Numbered from the whole stretch's first letter, positions 1 to 12,263 are shown. The stretch is DNA of 63,175 nucleotides, filler included, from Gonapodya sp. JEL0774 (GCA_027604505.1; 33 parts of 33 records of this genome joined end to end with filler, not necessarily neighbours in it); one strand, 5' to 3'. Made by a program: numbers and translations. Notes: generated by a model from the letters alone, not told the origin.

Positions 1-929
1 GTTCTTTCACGAAGAGACTCACCCTTCGTATCTTCCATGTAGAATATGCCTCTCGTAAAACATGCACGAATCCTGTGGTAACGGCTCGATTCGCCCTCCT
101 CGTGCACTTAACTAGTAATCCTTTCGGGATCACCGCCGAATGCTACGCAGTTGCTATGGATCCATTCGATGGCAGCGATTTGGTCCAGGAGGCCCTGCAT
201 TTTGAAATGGGCTTGAGATGTGGCAAAACTCAACGATCATGAGAAAGCTCACGTAGTTACCATACCCAGTCCCATTCGCTGGAGCTTCGTTGCGCAGCTC
301 TTCCGTTGCAAAGAACCCAAATATACCGAGTCGATATTGAATGCACACCACGACGCAGCCCGTTTGCGCTGCGACTTCCCCGGCGGTCCTGTACAGAGGT
401 TGCGACGATGCGCCACGGAGGAATCCTCCCCCGTGAATCAACACGAGGACGGGTCGTAGCTGTAGCTGTGCTCCGGCGTCCGTTGCGCCCCATCGACCGG
501 GAACTTAGATGTCCAGCCCGAGACACGACATTTCGGCGACGTCGGGAGAGACCGCCGTGGCAAATGACATGGCAAGTGGTCGCAGGGCGTTTGGTGGTTG
601 AGGGCATGGTGGAGAGTGCCTGCAAGGCGGGAAACGCAGGTTTGTCACCGACGTATAGTAGTCAGAACTTGAAGTGTGGTTCCACCCACGAAGTTGGTTC
701 AAAGGTGCCATTCCAGGCTTCTAGCGGACAAGGAGGGGTCCAGCGCTCGATGATTCGAGCATCTTTGAGTGATAAATGCGCTTAGGTTGGGAGCTGTCGT
801 CTGGCGATCACTGGGCGATGACGCAGAATGCTCACAGGGAATCCCCAGAAACTCGGAATGATTGTGATGCTGTTTTCCTCTGATCCAGCCCTGTGCGACG
901 TGCGCTGTTGGATTTTCAGTTGAAGCCAT
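1..929 (-). CDS. Type B carboxylesterase (COesterase), 5' part, intron-containing, 3'-truncated
   Basis: Spliced motifs: MASTENPTAHVAQGWIRG...FLGIP, RWTPP, IHGGGF, QYRLGIFGF, GNY-GLLDQIAAIEWI...FGGDPERIT. Confidence 0.88.
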
Positions 930-1377
930 ATCGACGAGTGATGAGTTGTCCAGTGGTCTCAATGATTCAAAGTGGGTGAGTGGTTAATGCCTTCTTGCTT
1001 GTCATGATCAGGTAACCGCAACGAGTTCTACTCGAAGATTTGCCGAAGTCCTGATCGCGTTTCAAAAGCTTCGATGAATTGGAATGGAGATGGAGGCGGA
1101 TTCCACAGAAAGAAAGCTGAGTTCTTATGTCATTTGTGCTTGAATGACTCCAGCGTCATCAAGGTTTGCACCCCGCGCAAGCAAGAATCAAGAAATTCTC
1201 GCATATGCACAAATTTCTACTCATCACTAGTAATCCTACAAGTCTCGTATTCGCTGCATTCGCGTTCAGTGTGCTCGCCGCAAAATGGGAGCTTCCGCAG
1301 AAACCAACCGGAACTCTGACTACCCCCAGCCCCATCCTGAAACCAAGGAAGAACAAGGAGATCTCTCGTCAACAATT

Positions 1378-1835
1378 TCACTGCTTCCTACGATAGCAGA
1401 CGATTGTTGCTTCGTCGCTCTGTTTGTTGTGAAAAACAAAAGAAAAATTGGGAGTCAAAAGATGGCTGAATACACAGGGGCATGATTGCAAGTCTGTTGC
1501 CACCACATTGTTGAGGTGCATAAATAACAAACTTAAACTCACTCTAAAAGCATTTTTCATTGGCCTCTGGTGGATGGTCATCACTTGATCGTCGACTTCA
1601 ACGTCTGCATTCAACTCGCTTGCCGGGAACAGAACCCGATAGTGTCCCTGAGTGCTGACATCCCCTTCGTGGTTCTAATGACGGTTCAGGTCAAGAGAAT
1701 CCCATGGTGCATATCCGTTCAAGAATAATGTGAGAAAAATGTTTTCAAAAACATCCAGAATCCATGCCGTTTGGGAAGGGGGATAATGAAGTTGAAAAAA
1801 CCGGGGCGCAATACCATGAGGCAGGATCAAGACAT
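1378..1835 (-). pseudogene. Degenerate USP-type (C19-like) protease His-box fragment, probably transposon-derived
   Basis: The minus frame from 1674 reads NHEGDVSTQGHYRVLF...EVDDQV...SLLFMH, matching H-x-G...GHY...DD..V...LF. An in-frame TAG lies immediately upstream. The region is AT-rich. Confidence 0.5.
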
Positions 1836-1935
1836 NNNNNNNNNNNNNNNNNNNNNNNNNNNNNNNNNNNNNNNNNNNNTTAATTAATTAANNNNNNNNN
1901 NNNNNNNNNNNNNNNNNNNNNNNNNNNNNNNNNNN
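1836..1935. other. Artificial contig linker (N44-TTAATTAATTAA-N44), first of 32
   Basis: The same 100-nt linker starts at about 1836, 3771, 5703, 7635, 9565, 11495, 13424, 15350, 17276, 19201, 21126, 23047, 24968, 26888, 28807, 30723, 32639, 34554, 36469, 38383, 40296, 42208, 44120, 46031, 47941, 49851, 51759, 53665, 55569, 57473, 59375 and 61276. The core 12-mer puts stops in all six frames. Confidence 0.99.
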
Positions 1936-3770
1936 TTTGGATACTTCAAGTTCAAGACCCCAGACACTAGAATTTACCAAAAACTGAAGGAGAGGATGCA
2001 CAATGGATACCTCATTTGGATTTCTGATAAAGTTGTCAGAGTACCAGCACCAAGAAAAATTTTACTGTTTCATGTGCAGAGTCAAACTATCCCTGAAAAG
2101 AACTATACTGTGAACTATACTTCATCACAATGTGAATGCGCTGACTGGAAATATGACAGACAGGTAATTCAAGCCATACTTCAAACATTTATTTGTTCTG
2201 ACAACACATTCGTTTGTACTTAGAGATGCAAGCATCTCTGGGCTGTGGACCTCTTTGTTCAAAACGGCCCTCACACAGAAAAAAATTCCACTGAAGATGA
2301 ATCTGACAGCATGTCTATCTCAGATGAACATGTAAGCAACTACTTCAATGGCACACTTGGTGCAGAAACTGCACACAGCAAATTTGTTCAGACTCCAGAA
2401 ATTAGGGCAGGACGTCCTTTGTCCACTACCCCCTTACAGAAAGGACGGAAAACTGTCAGTGTTGGAGGCTTGCTTTGATGCTGTGCCCGTTTTGCCAACA
2501 AAGTAATTTCCATCACATATAGGTTAAGTTTAGTGCAGGTCTAGGCTCCAATCTGCCTAACATCACTTCATTTCCCAGCAAAGTTTCTCAATTGGAGTTG
2601 AGTCAGCCAAGAAAGTTTGCAAAAGACAAGTCAAAGAAGAGGAAGAGGGAGCATGAGACTATCCAGTAAGGTGGAAGCCAATATGTTTAATTCTTCCCTG
2701 TTATCAAACATATCCAATGTTTGGTAGAACAGGTTTAAATGTACCTCCAACACCTGTGTTGAAACGGAGAGCTCCAGTCAATACTCTGAAGGAGACAGAG
2801 GAGCTGCACAAACCAAAAATGCAGCCACCAATTCAAGCAGGAGTGCATGATGCATACGCTGAAGTTTTTTTGGGTCAGAGTACTTTGAATGCAGGAGACT
2901 TGGATGAGTCCACAATATACAAAGAAGAAGAATCAGTCAATCAAATTGAAGCACACATTGAGACTGATGGATCACTAGTGAGGGAATTGAGTTCTAACTG
3001 GGATGCCATTAAAGTTACACATGTCATTTTGCAGACAAAGCCATTCACCCCTTTTATGAGTGCTTTCCATGTGGTGCAGCCTTCTGTCACAATTGAGGAG
3101 AGAAAATCTTCCTTGCTGTTGTTTCGCTTCAACTCCCCATATAACAACACAGTAGTCCATGCAAACAGCTGTCATTCTGACACCCTTCTCAGTTGTTTCT
3201 ATTTATGGCTGAAAGAAGCTCCACCCAGGGAGCACATCTCGGTTATTTCTAGCAGCTCTGACTTAGCCAAATTGATGATAAGTTTGCTGTCAGCATTGCC
3301 TCCAAGACCTTCACCAGATGATTTTGCAGTTGTGAAACACCAATTCATGAGTGCTTTATACCAAAAGAATATGAGAGACTTTCAGGTTGGACAATTTTCC
3401 CCATTTAGTAAGTACTTTAACGGAAATTTGATTTCAATCACAGTATAATTCAAGATTTATCTATTGTGCGCAGTTGAACTGTGGAGTACTGTGTTTCCAG
3501 TTGTTCCTGGAAATGAAAGTGGAATGGTCTTAGTAACCATGGATGGGTTCAGGTGAGAATGCAAAAGATGAACCTGAGGAGAATACCATGTTTCAACACG
3601 TCTGCTTTAGATGTCCAGAGTGTGGTATTTTTGACAGTGGCAGCAAGAGCTCCATTAAGCCAGGTTTAGGAGGCACCACAGCAATTGAGTTGCAGCAAGA
3701 TGCTGCTGCTACATCATCAGAGCGTTATATACTTCCAGAAAGTCCTGATGATGATCCATCATATGGACTG
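1936..3770 (+). mobile_element. Transposon-like gene fragment: SWIM zinc finger followed by a USP-like Cys-box region (MULE-like)
   Basis: Removing the GT-AG intron 2164-2223 gives FHVQSQ...YTV...CECADWKYDRQRCKHLWAV (SWIM, CxC-x9-CxH). ORF 2717-3448 contains NSCHSDTLL. ORF from 3543 contains CPECG. The contig is AT-rich and CpG-poor. Confidence 0.6.
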
Positions 3771-3881
3771 NNNNNNNNNNNNNNNNNNNNNNNNNNNNNN
3801 NNNNNNNNNNNNNNTTAATTAATTAANNNNNNNNNNNNNNNNNNNNNNNNNNNNNNNNNNNNNNNNNNNNTTGTGCTACAA

Positions 3882-5682
3882 TTAAGTACCGATCAGTTTG
3901 GCCAACGATTCTATGTGTTCCGTCACCTTCTTCCCTGCGTCTTTGTCCTTCCCTTCCAAACCCCCAGTCACCCTCTCTTTCACCTTCTCTACAACGTCCA
4001 CCGCTTGAATGACGCCCGTTACCATCTCGGTCGCAAACCGCGCCAGTCCCACTAGAGCAGCCACCAGTCGCACGAGAACTTCCCCGTCCCGTTCCTCCTC
4101 TGCAGCACGAGCCACGGCTGAGACCACCTCCACGAGCCAGCTCTCGTCGTCTTCAGAGATGAAGCCAGGAGAATGATAAGCTGGTGAGTTTGATGCGGGC
4201 CATATCGACCCGCCCGCGAGAATGTCCACGCCTGATCCTTCGTATGACGACTGCACGGCCAGTGATATGTTGTATGCAAGCGAGGAAGCTGTTTGCCTCA
4301 CAATGGTGTCGGGTGAGAGGAGGGACTCCACTAGTAGTGCGGTGATGAGTGTGCGTGGGGTGTTCTGGTGATGGGTAGGAGGGCGGAGGGACAAGGCCAG
4401 GAATGCCGAGGAAGGATCAGAGAAAAGATTTGCCACCTGATCGTGGAGTTGAGATGTATCATCCATGATCATCAAATATGAACAGCGATGATGCCTAAAG
4501 TTTGGAACGAAACTCACCATCCGGACCACCATGACTCTTCCCGCCTTCCCCATTGCTTTTTCTCCCTCGCCAACCTCTACACAACGGAGTACCACTTCCA
4601 TTATGAAATTACCTCCATCATTTTCCTCATCTACGAATGCTGATCGAAAAACGTCGTTCAGGACGCAAAGCCGCAGCAAATCAAGAAGAGGGAAGACTGA
4701 GTCCACATCTGCGGTAATGAGGCGGTGGTACAGAGCGCGAAATGCCTTTACAACACGCTCTCCGTCAGGAATGGGCCCCTTTGATGCGATTTCGTCCTTT
4801 CGTCCAAGCTTGACGGCAACACTCTCGATCGTTTGCCACATCTCGCTCTCTATAGGTGGTTTTGACCCGAGGACTTCTTCCAGTTTGGCAAGAACCTTCG
4901 CTAGATCCTGTCCCACACCAAACAAAGCCGGCTTCCCGCCGATACCACGCGTCGTGACATTGGCATGGCGGTGGGGCGGGTAAGAAGATCCCACGAGATG
5001 CTCCAAAGTTCGTTGTAACCGAGTCCGGTCGGCGCCGAGCACGGTGGAACTTTCGTCCCTCTTGCCATCCAAGAAGAAAGCAAAGGTTGGAAAGCCGGTG
5101 ATGGAATACTGTGAAGGGAGAAGTGGTGCTTCTGAGGCGTGGATGATAACCGGATACACGAACGAGGATTTTGTCGCTTGAGGTGGTTTGGGAGAGCCGA
5201 TCTGAGTGTATGACGAGTTCACAGACGAGACCTACAAGAAGATCACTTGAGATCCTTGAGTGAAGATGCCATTCGAGAGTGCTTCGGCTTACGATTCCTT
5301 CATAGTCCGGCGCTATTGCGCGGCAGGGAGCACATCCATCTCGCGTGAAAAACGCGACCACGAGCTTATGCTTAGCAAGAATCGAGCTAAATTGTACTTG
5401 ATCTTTTATGCGAAGTGGCCCGCTTGCGCTAGTCTTCGACATTGAAGGCTCGGGACCAGCTTTGGCTTCCGGTGACTCTCCATGTATCGATGAATTCCCC
5501 GTAGATTCCTGTCCTGCAAATCTAGACCGGCCAAACATGCCTTCAATCATGGGCAGCAGCTGCTTGCCGAGAGGGGTTTGCAGGAATTCGTTCGGGAGGC
5601 CGGTAATGTTTGCTGGGATCGAACTGCCGACGAGGAATTGGCAGACTTCGTTTGAGAAGTTATTGCAGTTGTTATCTGACAC
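3882..5682 (-). CDS. PPPDE/DeSI peptidase - thioredoxin - PUL domain protein, 5'-truncated, with introns
   Basis: NNCNNFSNEVCQFLVG...LPNEFLQTPLG (DeSI catalytic NCN motif). FTRDGCAPC...ITGFPTFAFF...GAD (thioredoxin). FPLLDLLR...ASSLAYN (PUL). Stop at 3882. Confidence 0.88.
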
Positions 5683-5802
5683 GAGAGCATTGTTAGAATA
5701 GANNNNNNNNNNNNNNNNNNNNNNNNNNNNNNNNNNNNNNNNNNNNTTAATTAATTAANNNNNNNNNNNNNNNNNNNNNNNNNNNNNNNNNNNNNNNNNN
5801 NN

Positions 5803-7226
5803 CAGTTGATTGAAACGTCTTTCGCGAGCGCAGTCCCACCGATACAGCCTTCAACACACTAATCACCCAGTACGTACTCACCCTGTTTTCACGGGTCTAC
5901 TCTTTTGCTCACAAAGCTCGTTCCACAGGCTTGGTGGTATCGCCAATGTTGCTCCCCTTGCATCTCAAGTTCTTTCCTATCACGTCTCCCCAGTCGTCGT
6001 CGACACGGCTTACCTTGGAGCAAACCCCATCTCCTTCCCCGCGACCCTACTTGGTAACTCGTCCTTGGCTCTGATCAAACCCCAGGTCATCAAGCTCGAG
6101 GTTGCTGGTGGCAATGTGTCCATCAACGATGTGTCCAACGTCATTGACACCATGTGAGACGTTTCACTAGCCAGTTTTGGTTAATTCATGCTGAATGCGT
6201 TCCCGTATACTTCAATTCAGTGTCACTTCCAACGGTGTTATCCACGTCAGTGAGTAGTTATGGTCCGTTTTCATCACCACACAGCTGCGCTCACGCTTGG
6301 TATATAATCTCAGTCGACTCTGTGCTTATTCCTCCGTCCAATGCTTCAACTACTCTCACGGTAAATTTGATGATCTTTCAAGTTCATTCACGTGATGCAC
6401 ATTTTACCTCTCGTTGCCACAGGCCGTCACTGCCTCAAACACTCCTGGTGTCTCGTTCAAGCAACTCGCCGCCGCACTCACATCTCAGAGCCTTCTCGTC
6501 GCCGTTGACACCACGACGCCCATCACAATGTACGTTTCTGATCGCAATTTGAATCGTTCCCGACAACTCACGTCTCTTGATTAACAGCTTTGCGCCACTT
6601 GACTCGGCATTCGACGCTCTCGGCAAATTGCTTACACCGGCTCAGATTTCCGCTGTACGTACTGGGAAGGAGCTCAGATTGTCAGATCACCATTTCATTC
6701 ATTTCACTTCAACAGAACTTGAAGACCGTGTTGACCTACCACGTCATCGGCGGTGCCGCTGCATATCTCCCCGCATCTGGCGCCTACAAGACCCTCCAGG
6801 GCGAGAACGTCACCATCGTGAGCAACAAGACCAGCGTCACAGTAAACGGGTAAGCCCACGTCACTCACTCCATTACTGTGTTGGACGAGCTCATTAACAC
6901 ATTCTTGCATCCATAGTAACCCCGTCCTGAACACTGTTGTCCTGACCAACGGTGTCGTCCATGTTCTTGGGTCCGTCCTTGTTCCTCCCACCATTGCTGC
7001 CGCAATTTCCGGCAACACCACAACTTCGCCAACTTCTGCTTCTCCCGCTGCGAGCAGCAGCACTGCATCCACTTCTCCAAGTAAGTAGAAGAAGACTTCT
7101 TTTGTTGTGTGACGAATACTCACTTCTATGTACAATAAAGCTCCCAAGGCTGGATCTGCCTACCGCACCGCAAGCAACGCCGTAGGCCTTCTTGCTGCCG
7201 TCGCTGTCGGTCTTGCCATGGCTTGA
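5803..7226 (+). CDS. Fasciclin (FAS1) domain cell-surface protein, probable GPI anchor, 5'-truncated
   Basis: VLSYHV, FAPLDSAF, VLTYHVI and NGVVHVLGSVL motifs from two FAS1 repeats across many short exons. Ser/Thr/Ala-rich tail and hydrophobic C-terminus ending at TGA 7226. Confidence 0.85.
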
Positions 7227-7742
7227 AGCGTGCCTGATGTAAATGCTCGTATCTCTTAGTCGTTCTGATACGTAATTTGAATTTATGTCATCGTGAATAT
7301 ACGGAATCTTGATTTCTCGGAATTCATCTCCCATGCCTGTACCTATGAACTGTGGCTGACAAGCAATTTGTCCTCGTGTGCTGATTATCTATTTTATTGA
7401 ACTATTTCACCTTCTAACCGCCATTCTATGTTTTAGAACAAATACTAAGGAGAGCCTGTACTTCCGGTAGTTTTCTCGGTGATGAACCGGAGAACGTTTT
7501 CTATTCAACCATTATATTCGAAGAAACCAGTACTGAAGGCGAACTACCTTTCATCCAAATGAGCTGATCTTTCCCCACAAATAAGCATCGGCCCAAAAGA
7601 CCTATAATATGTCCAACTCCGGCGGCAACTGGTCNNNNNNNNNNNNNNNNNNNNNNNNNNNNNNNNNNNNNNNNNNNNTTAATTAATTAANNNNNNNNNN
7701 NNNNNNNNNNNNNNNNNNNNNNNNNNNNNNNNNNGACGCAGA

Positions 7743-8164
7743 CTCTATCCCGAAAGCATCTCCGGACTCGATTTGTGCGGGTTGAAGTCACGAAAGTGCC
7801 TTTCCTTGTCGAGCGCCTGAAAGTGCAGGTTCTGCCGTGTGTTGCGTGCTTTGTGGACGGCGTTGAAGTTGACCGGTACGTGTAGTGGATATGTTTGTTG
7901 CACAATGCGTTTGATTATGTGTAGCTATGGCGCTGAACCCTTTTGTTTTGCTAACTATTCAGGATCGTAGGTTTCGAGACCCTAGGAAACACCGACAACT
8001 TTACGACGCCCGTGTTTGAGCGTCGTCTTTCGGCTAAAAATGTCATCAAGCTGTCCTACAAATATGACGAAGACGGGGAAGCAGAGGACGGTGGGCGGAG
8101 ACGGAAGGGTGCGCGAAAAGGGATTTTAGGCTTCCCAGACCAAAATATAGATGATGAAGATTAA
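7743..8164 (+). CDS. TXNDC9: Phosducin-like protein Plp1/TXNDC9, last two exons
   Basis: KHLRTRFVRVEVTKVPFLVERLKVQVLPCVACFVDGVEVDR|IVGFETLGNTDNF...ERRL, then an acidic tail and TAA at 8164. Confidence 0.85.
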
Positions 8165-8327
8165 AACTGAAGTTCTTTCTTGAGTCGTGGGCATATATTT
8201 TTCTCAGAGGGCTATGCTGCAGGTTTACAGCCGAGTGCATGCTGCATATTTCCAAAACAAGCTCCCTCACCTTTCCCTGCCTTCGCCAACTCCCTCTCCC
8301 CTCTCCGTTCCTCTGTCCCACTTTGAA

Positions 8328-9526
8328 ATGCAGTACAGACTACCCACTCTCCTCGCGAGCGGACTCATCGCTCTAGCAGGCATTGCTTTTCGACCTGCCG
8401 CAGGTGAACACCATTTTGATGTGTATTTCAGACTCGGTAGAGCTCAACCTTGTTTGCTGCGGACCATCATTTATTGTATACATGAATCACAGGACTGTCT
8501 CGACTGGAGGTGCGTTTCATGTCAATGTATGGTGAGACGAGAGTTAAGGGAGTCGTTCACTGACTATCTGACACTGCATGCGCACAGCCACCTTCTGGGA
8601 TGATGGTTGGCTACTACGAGAGTGTATATGACTTCCCTGTGAGCTCGTCTCTTGAAGCTCTTCGACTGACGGCACATCTGTGCTGACGGAGCATCTTCGC
8701 GTAACTTGTCACAGAAAACAATTTACAATACGAAAGCCATATTCGATAACTACACGCAAGAATTTGGATGGGATCCCTCGTAAGTCGTGCTACTTTCATC
8801 GGACGACAAGCAACGACCCTCGACCCGCTACGAACATCAACAGGGTCATGCACGTTTTCGGCAACCTGCCGTTCAAAGATGGTTACGACATTCCCCTTCT
8901 GGTGAGCTTATAATTTTAGCAGTCTTGGTGCTTCCAAGTAACTCTCAAATTCCTCCACCAGACCGATTTCCTGACACGATGTGCTGAGCGGGGAATTGTC
9001 GCGCTGACCTCAATGGAGCCTTCATCCGGTCTTGATAACGTCACTGATGCCGTCGCAGCGACTTTTGCAGATTTGTGTGCCAGCTTCGAACCGGGTAATT
9101 TCACAAATGGTCCGGGGACGGCGTGCCTCGTTCGGTTCGCACTCGAGTTCAACGGGCCATTCCATCCTGTCTGGATGTGGCAACCAACGGCGCACAAAAC
9201 TGCCTTCAGACGAGTTTCGAACGCCCTCCACTCCCGCACTAAGCTTGGAGCGATAATGTGGGGGCCGAATTCTGGACTGGGATATCCCTTTGCAAATCAG
9301 TTAGACCCGAACACGCTAGCTACTCTATCTGCGGAAGACAAAGCTGCTCTTGATACAAATAAGGATGGGAAAATTGGTGAGTCCTGTCTCTGTTGTTTAA
9401 CTCCATGAGAGCAAAATTCTATGGATTACAGTAACCGAGACTCTCATTCCAATTTAGACGGCAACGACGATCCGTACCAACCTTGGTGGCCTGGTGCACA
9501 ATACGTGGATTGGATTGCCATGACAG
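8328..9526 (+). CDS. Secreted glycoside hydrolase family 26 protein, 3'-truncated
   Basis: Signal peptide MQYRLPTLLASGLIALAG. VRFALEFNG (acid/base Glu), MWGPN and DDPYQPWWPGAQYVDWIAMT match the GH26 pattern. Confidence 0.8.
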
Positions 9527-9939
9527 GTTGATAATTGTATTTCATCATCATCTTCAACGTTGATNNNNNNNNNNNNNNNNNNNNNNNNNNNNNNNNNNNN
9601 NNNNNNNNTTAATTAATTAANNNNNNNNNNNNNNNNNNNNNNNNNNNNNNNNNNNNNNNNNNNNTCCTCTCGGTCCTTTTCCTTATATTTGCGATCTACG
9701 TTTCGTTCGGTACCTCCGAGAAGGGCCAGTTGTACGGATGCGAGGACTGCTCGATCTTCATGCGAGTGGTTATGCGGTGGATAGTACTTCTGGAGAAGGT
9801 CGAGGATGCGACATATCGGTACTTGTACTATCACCTCTGATGGACTGTGTGACGACCGGGGGCTAGACGGTATTGGTATTGGTCCTGATTGTTTTCATTG
9901 ATTCATTTGATTTGTGTGTACATAAGTGTGTGGGGTTGG

Positions 9940-10618
9940 CTATCCACGCAAGAATACAAGCAATGCATTCAAAAGATCTTGGAGCAGAGACCACAAGAGT
10001 TACTCATCTTGATTGAGTGTTCGGAAGGCGAATCTGGACAAGCGACTCACCCACTACAAAAGGAAGTCCGCTACAAAAGGCAAGGATGTACCAAAACGAC
10101 AGGTAGTGCCACGATTCCGCGATAAAGTATGAAAGAAAAATAGTCCCACAAGCATGAGCAACGAGGTCTGATTGCGAAAGTCGCCTTGATTACGAAAGCT
10201 TTTAGCGAAGGCATTGATTCTGAATGAACTTACAGACAGCATTCGTTCGAACGCTGAACATGGATATACCCGTGAAGAACAATCCAAATTCGACAACGAA
10301 TCCCAGTAGTGCGAGTATAATGGCGATTTGGAACCTGGCGTAAACCAACATTCTTTTTTGGTAATCTAATCCTCGCGAGCGATCCAACGAGGAGTCTCAC
10401 GATTTCTCCAAATCAGCGTATCCTGACATATCATTAAGCGGAAGCGCGGCACGAATGTTGCCGTCCTGATTCGTTACGGTTATGTTGGAGGTGCCGTCAA
10501 TGCGGCATTACATCTACACAGCGAGCGGGCGACTTTTCACCTTGACCAGGAAGGTCTCGATTGTTGCCACCAGATGGAGAGTAGCAGCAGCAAAGCGAGT
10601 GGAGATGAGAGTATCCAT
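9940..10618 (-). CDS. TMEM107: Transmembrane protein 107 (ciliary transition-zone protein), complete, about 5 exons
   Basis: Spliced product: MDTLISTRFAAATLHLVATIETFLVK|DGNIRAALPLNDMSGYADLEKS|FQIAIILALLGFVVEFGLFFTGISMF...|LVAHACGTIFLSYFIAESWHYLSFWYILAFCSGLPFVV|DLLNALLVFLRG*. It is colinear with TMEM107 hallmarks RF...HLV, NI.A.LP, E...F..G.SMF, AH and W....WYI..FCS.LP. Confidence 0.85.
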
Positions 10619-11631
10619 GCTTTGTCCAAGAGCAGGAGTTGTGCATGGGTGGCTCCGCCGGTTGGCTGCTGTGGTCGCATTGCTGGGTTGTCTGATATGT
10701 AGTCAATTTCCTGTCTTTGAACCTTCAAATCAGTCAGGTGTGGAGAAGTCTCCCTCGCAGGACTTGTTACCCGTGTGAACCGTCTTATCCGATCGTCTCA
10801 ACCAGAATAACGCCGTCGCGCTTTTGCTACGACATTTCGCACATGTAATGAATCTCATTTCAAAGATTCTGGAGCTCGGAAACCAACGTGAACAATTATC
10901 CTCGGGAGATTGGACGCTGCCTGGATAGCCAGGTGAAAAAAGAAGAAGCGTACCCGCAACAAAGCCAAAAGGAAAGCCGCTTCAACGACGATCCATAGAG
11001 AGAAGTTCATAGCCAAATTTGGAACGCTAGCACCCCGTCTAGTGAAGTAAATTCCAACAATCCAGCAATCGCAAAGTGAAGGCAATCTTCAATGCGATGG
11101 GGAGGCGATAGATTGCCGCAAACCTCAAACCCCCAAAACCTAAGTCTGATGCGCTTGCTGAGCTCGCCTTGACTTCCTGTTCCCTTCGTGTCATGTTCCT
11201 CGATGACTCCCTATAGTTAATGGCTTTCGTGCTCGATTGCGATGGTTCCTGGATGTAGCACCACAGTCACGAGGGAAACCGGCTCGTCACTGATTCATTG
11301 TATCAGTGACGTTCGCTCAGCTCTCCACATATGGCTGATTCTTCTGCAGAACCTCATGCTGGAGATGAACCGTAAAACTGCCAGACTCTCTGGAGAGACA
11401 CTTGCGGAGTCGCTCTTGTTCATGAACGCAATATCAGGAATTAGCGCTATCTTCAACAGTGCCCTGCCTTGCAATTGGAAGCCATCCTCCAACGNNNNNN
11501 NNNNNNNNNNNNNNNNNNNNNNNNNNNNNNNNNNNNNNTTAATTAATTAANNNNNNNNNNNNNNNNNNNNNNNNNNNNNNNNNNNNNNNNNNNNCGTGAA
11601 TCACCATGATCCTCCTTCTGAAACACACCAG

Positions 11632-12263
11632 CTTCTCCCGCGGCCAACCCCATCCAATCCCGCCTCTTCCACTCCTCTCCCGCCTCCCTTGCCGGTCCCA
11701 CCAACGCCGACGCACTCCCCGACTTCTCCGCCTACAAACGCCCCGGATCCGACCAAGACTCGGACCGGACCTCTGCGTACGTCATGGTCGGTGCCCTCGG
11801 CGCCGTCACTGCCGTCGGAGCCAAAGCCTCCGTTGTCGACTTCCTTTCCAACCTCTCCGCCTCCGCCGACGTCCTCGCCCTGGCCAAGGTCGAGGTCGAC
11901 CTCACCACCATTCCCGAGGGCAAGAACGCAATCATCAAATGGCGCGGAAAGCCCATCTTCATCCGCCACCGCACACCCGAGGAGATCGAGGAGGCAAACT
12001 CCGTTTCCCTCTCGGAACTCCGCCACCCCGAGACCGACGTGGAACGCATCAAGAAACCGGAGTGGCTCGTCATGATTGGAGTGTGCACGCACCTGGGTTG
12101 CGTGCCCATTGGAGAGGCGGGCGACTACAAGGGATGGTTCTGCCCCTGCCACGGGTCGCACTACGATATCTCAGGGCGGATTCGTAAAGGTCCTGCCCCG
12201 CTCAACTTGGAAGTGCCACCATACGAGTTCGTTGACGACGACACCAAGGTCATCATTGGCTAA
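11632..12263 (+). CDS. RIP1: Mitochondrial cytochrome bc1 Rieske iron-sulfur protein (last exon)
   Basis: [28 protein letters not shown] and [10 protein letters not shown] motifs. Confidence 0.98.

Noticed and set aside
11596..12187. Multiple overlapping ORFs over RIP1, and likewise over 23095-24112, 52014-53716 and 55617-57388
   Set aside because: These are shadow frames of GC-rich, codon-biased genes with no independent motifs.
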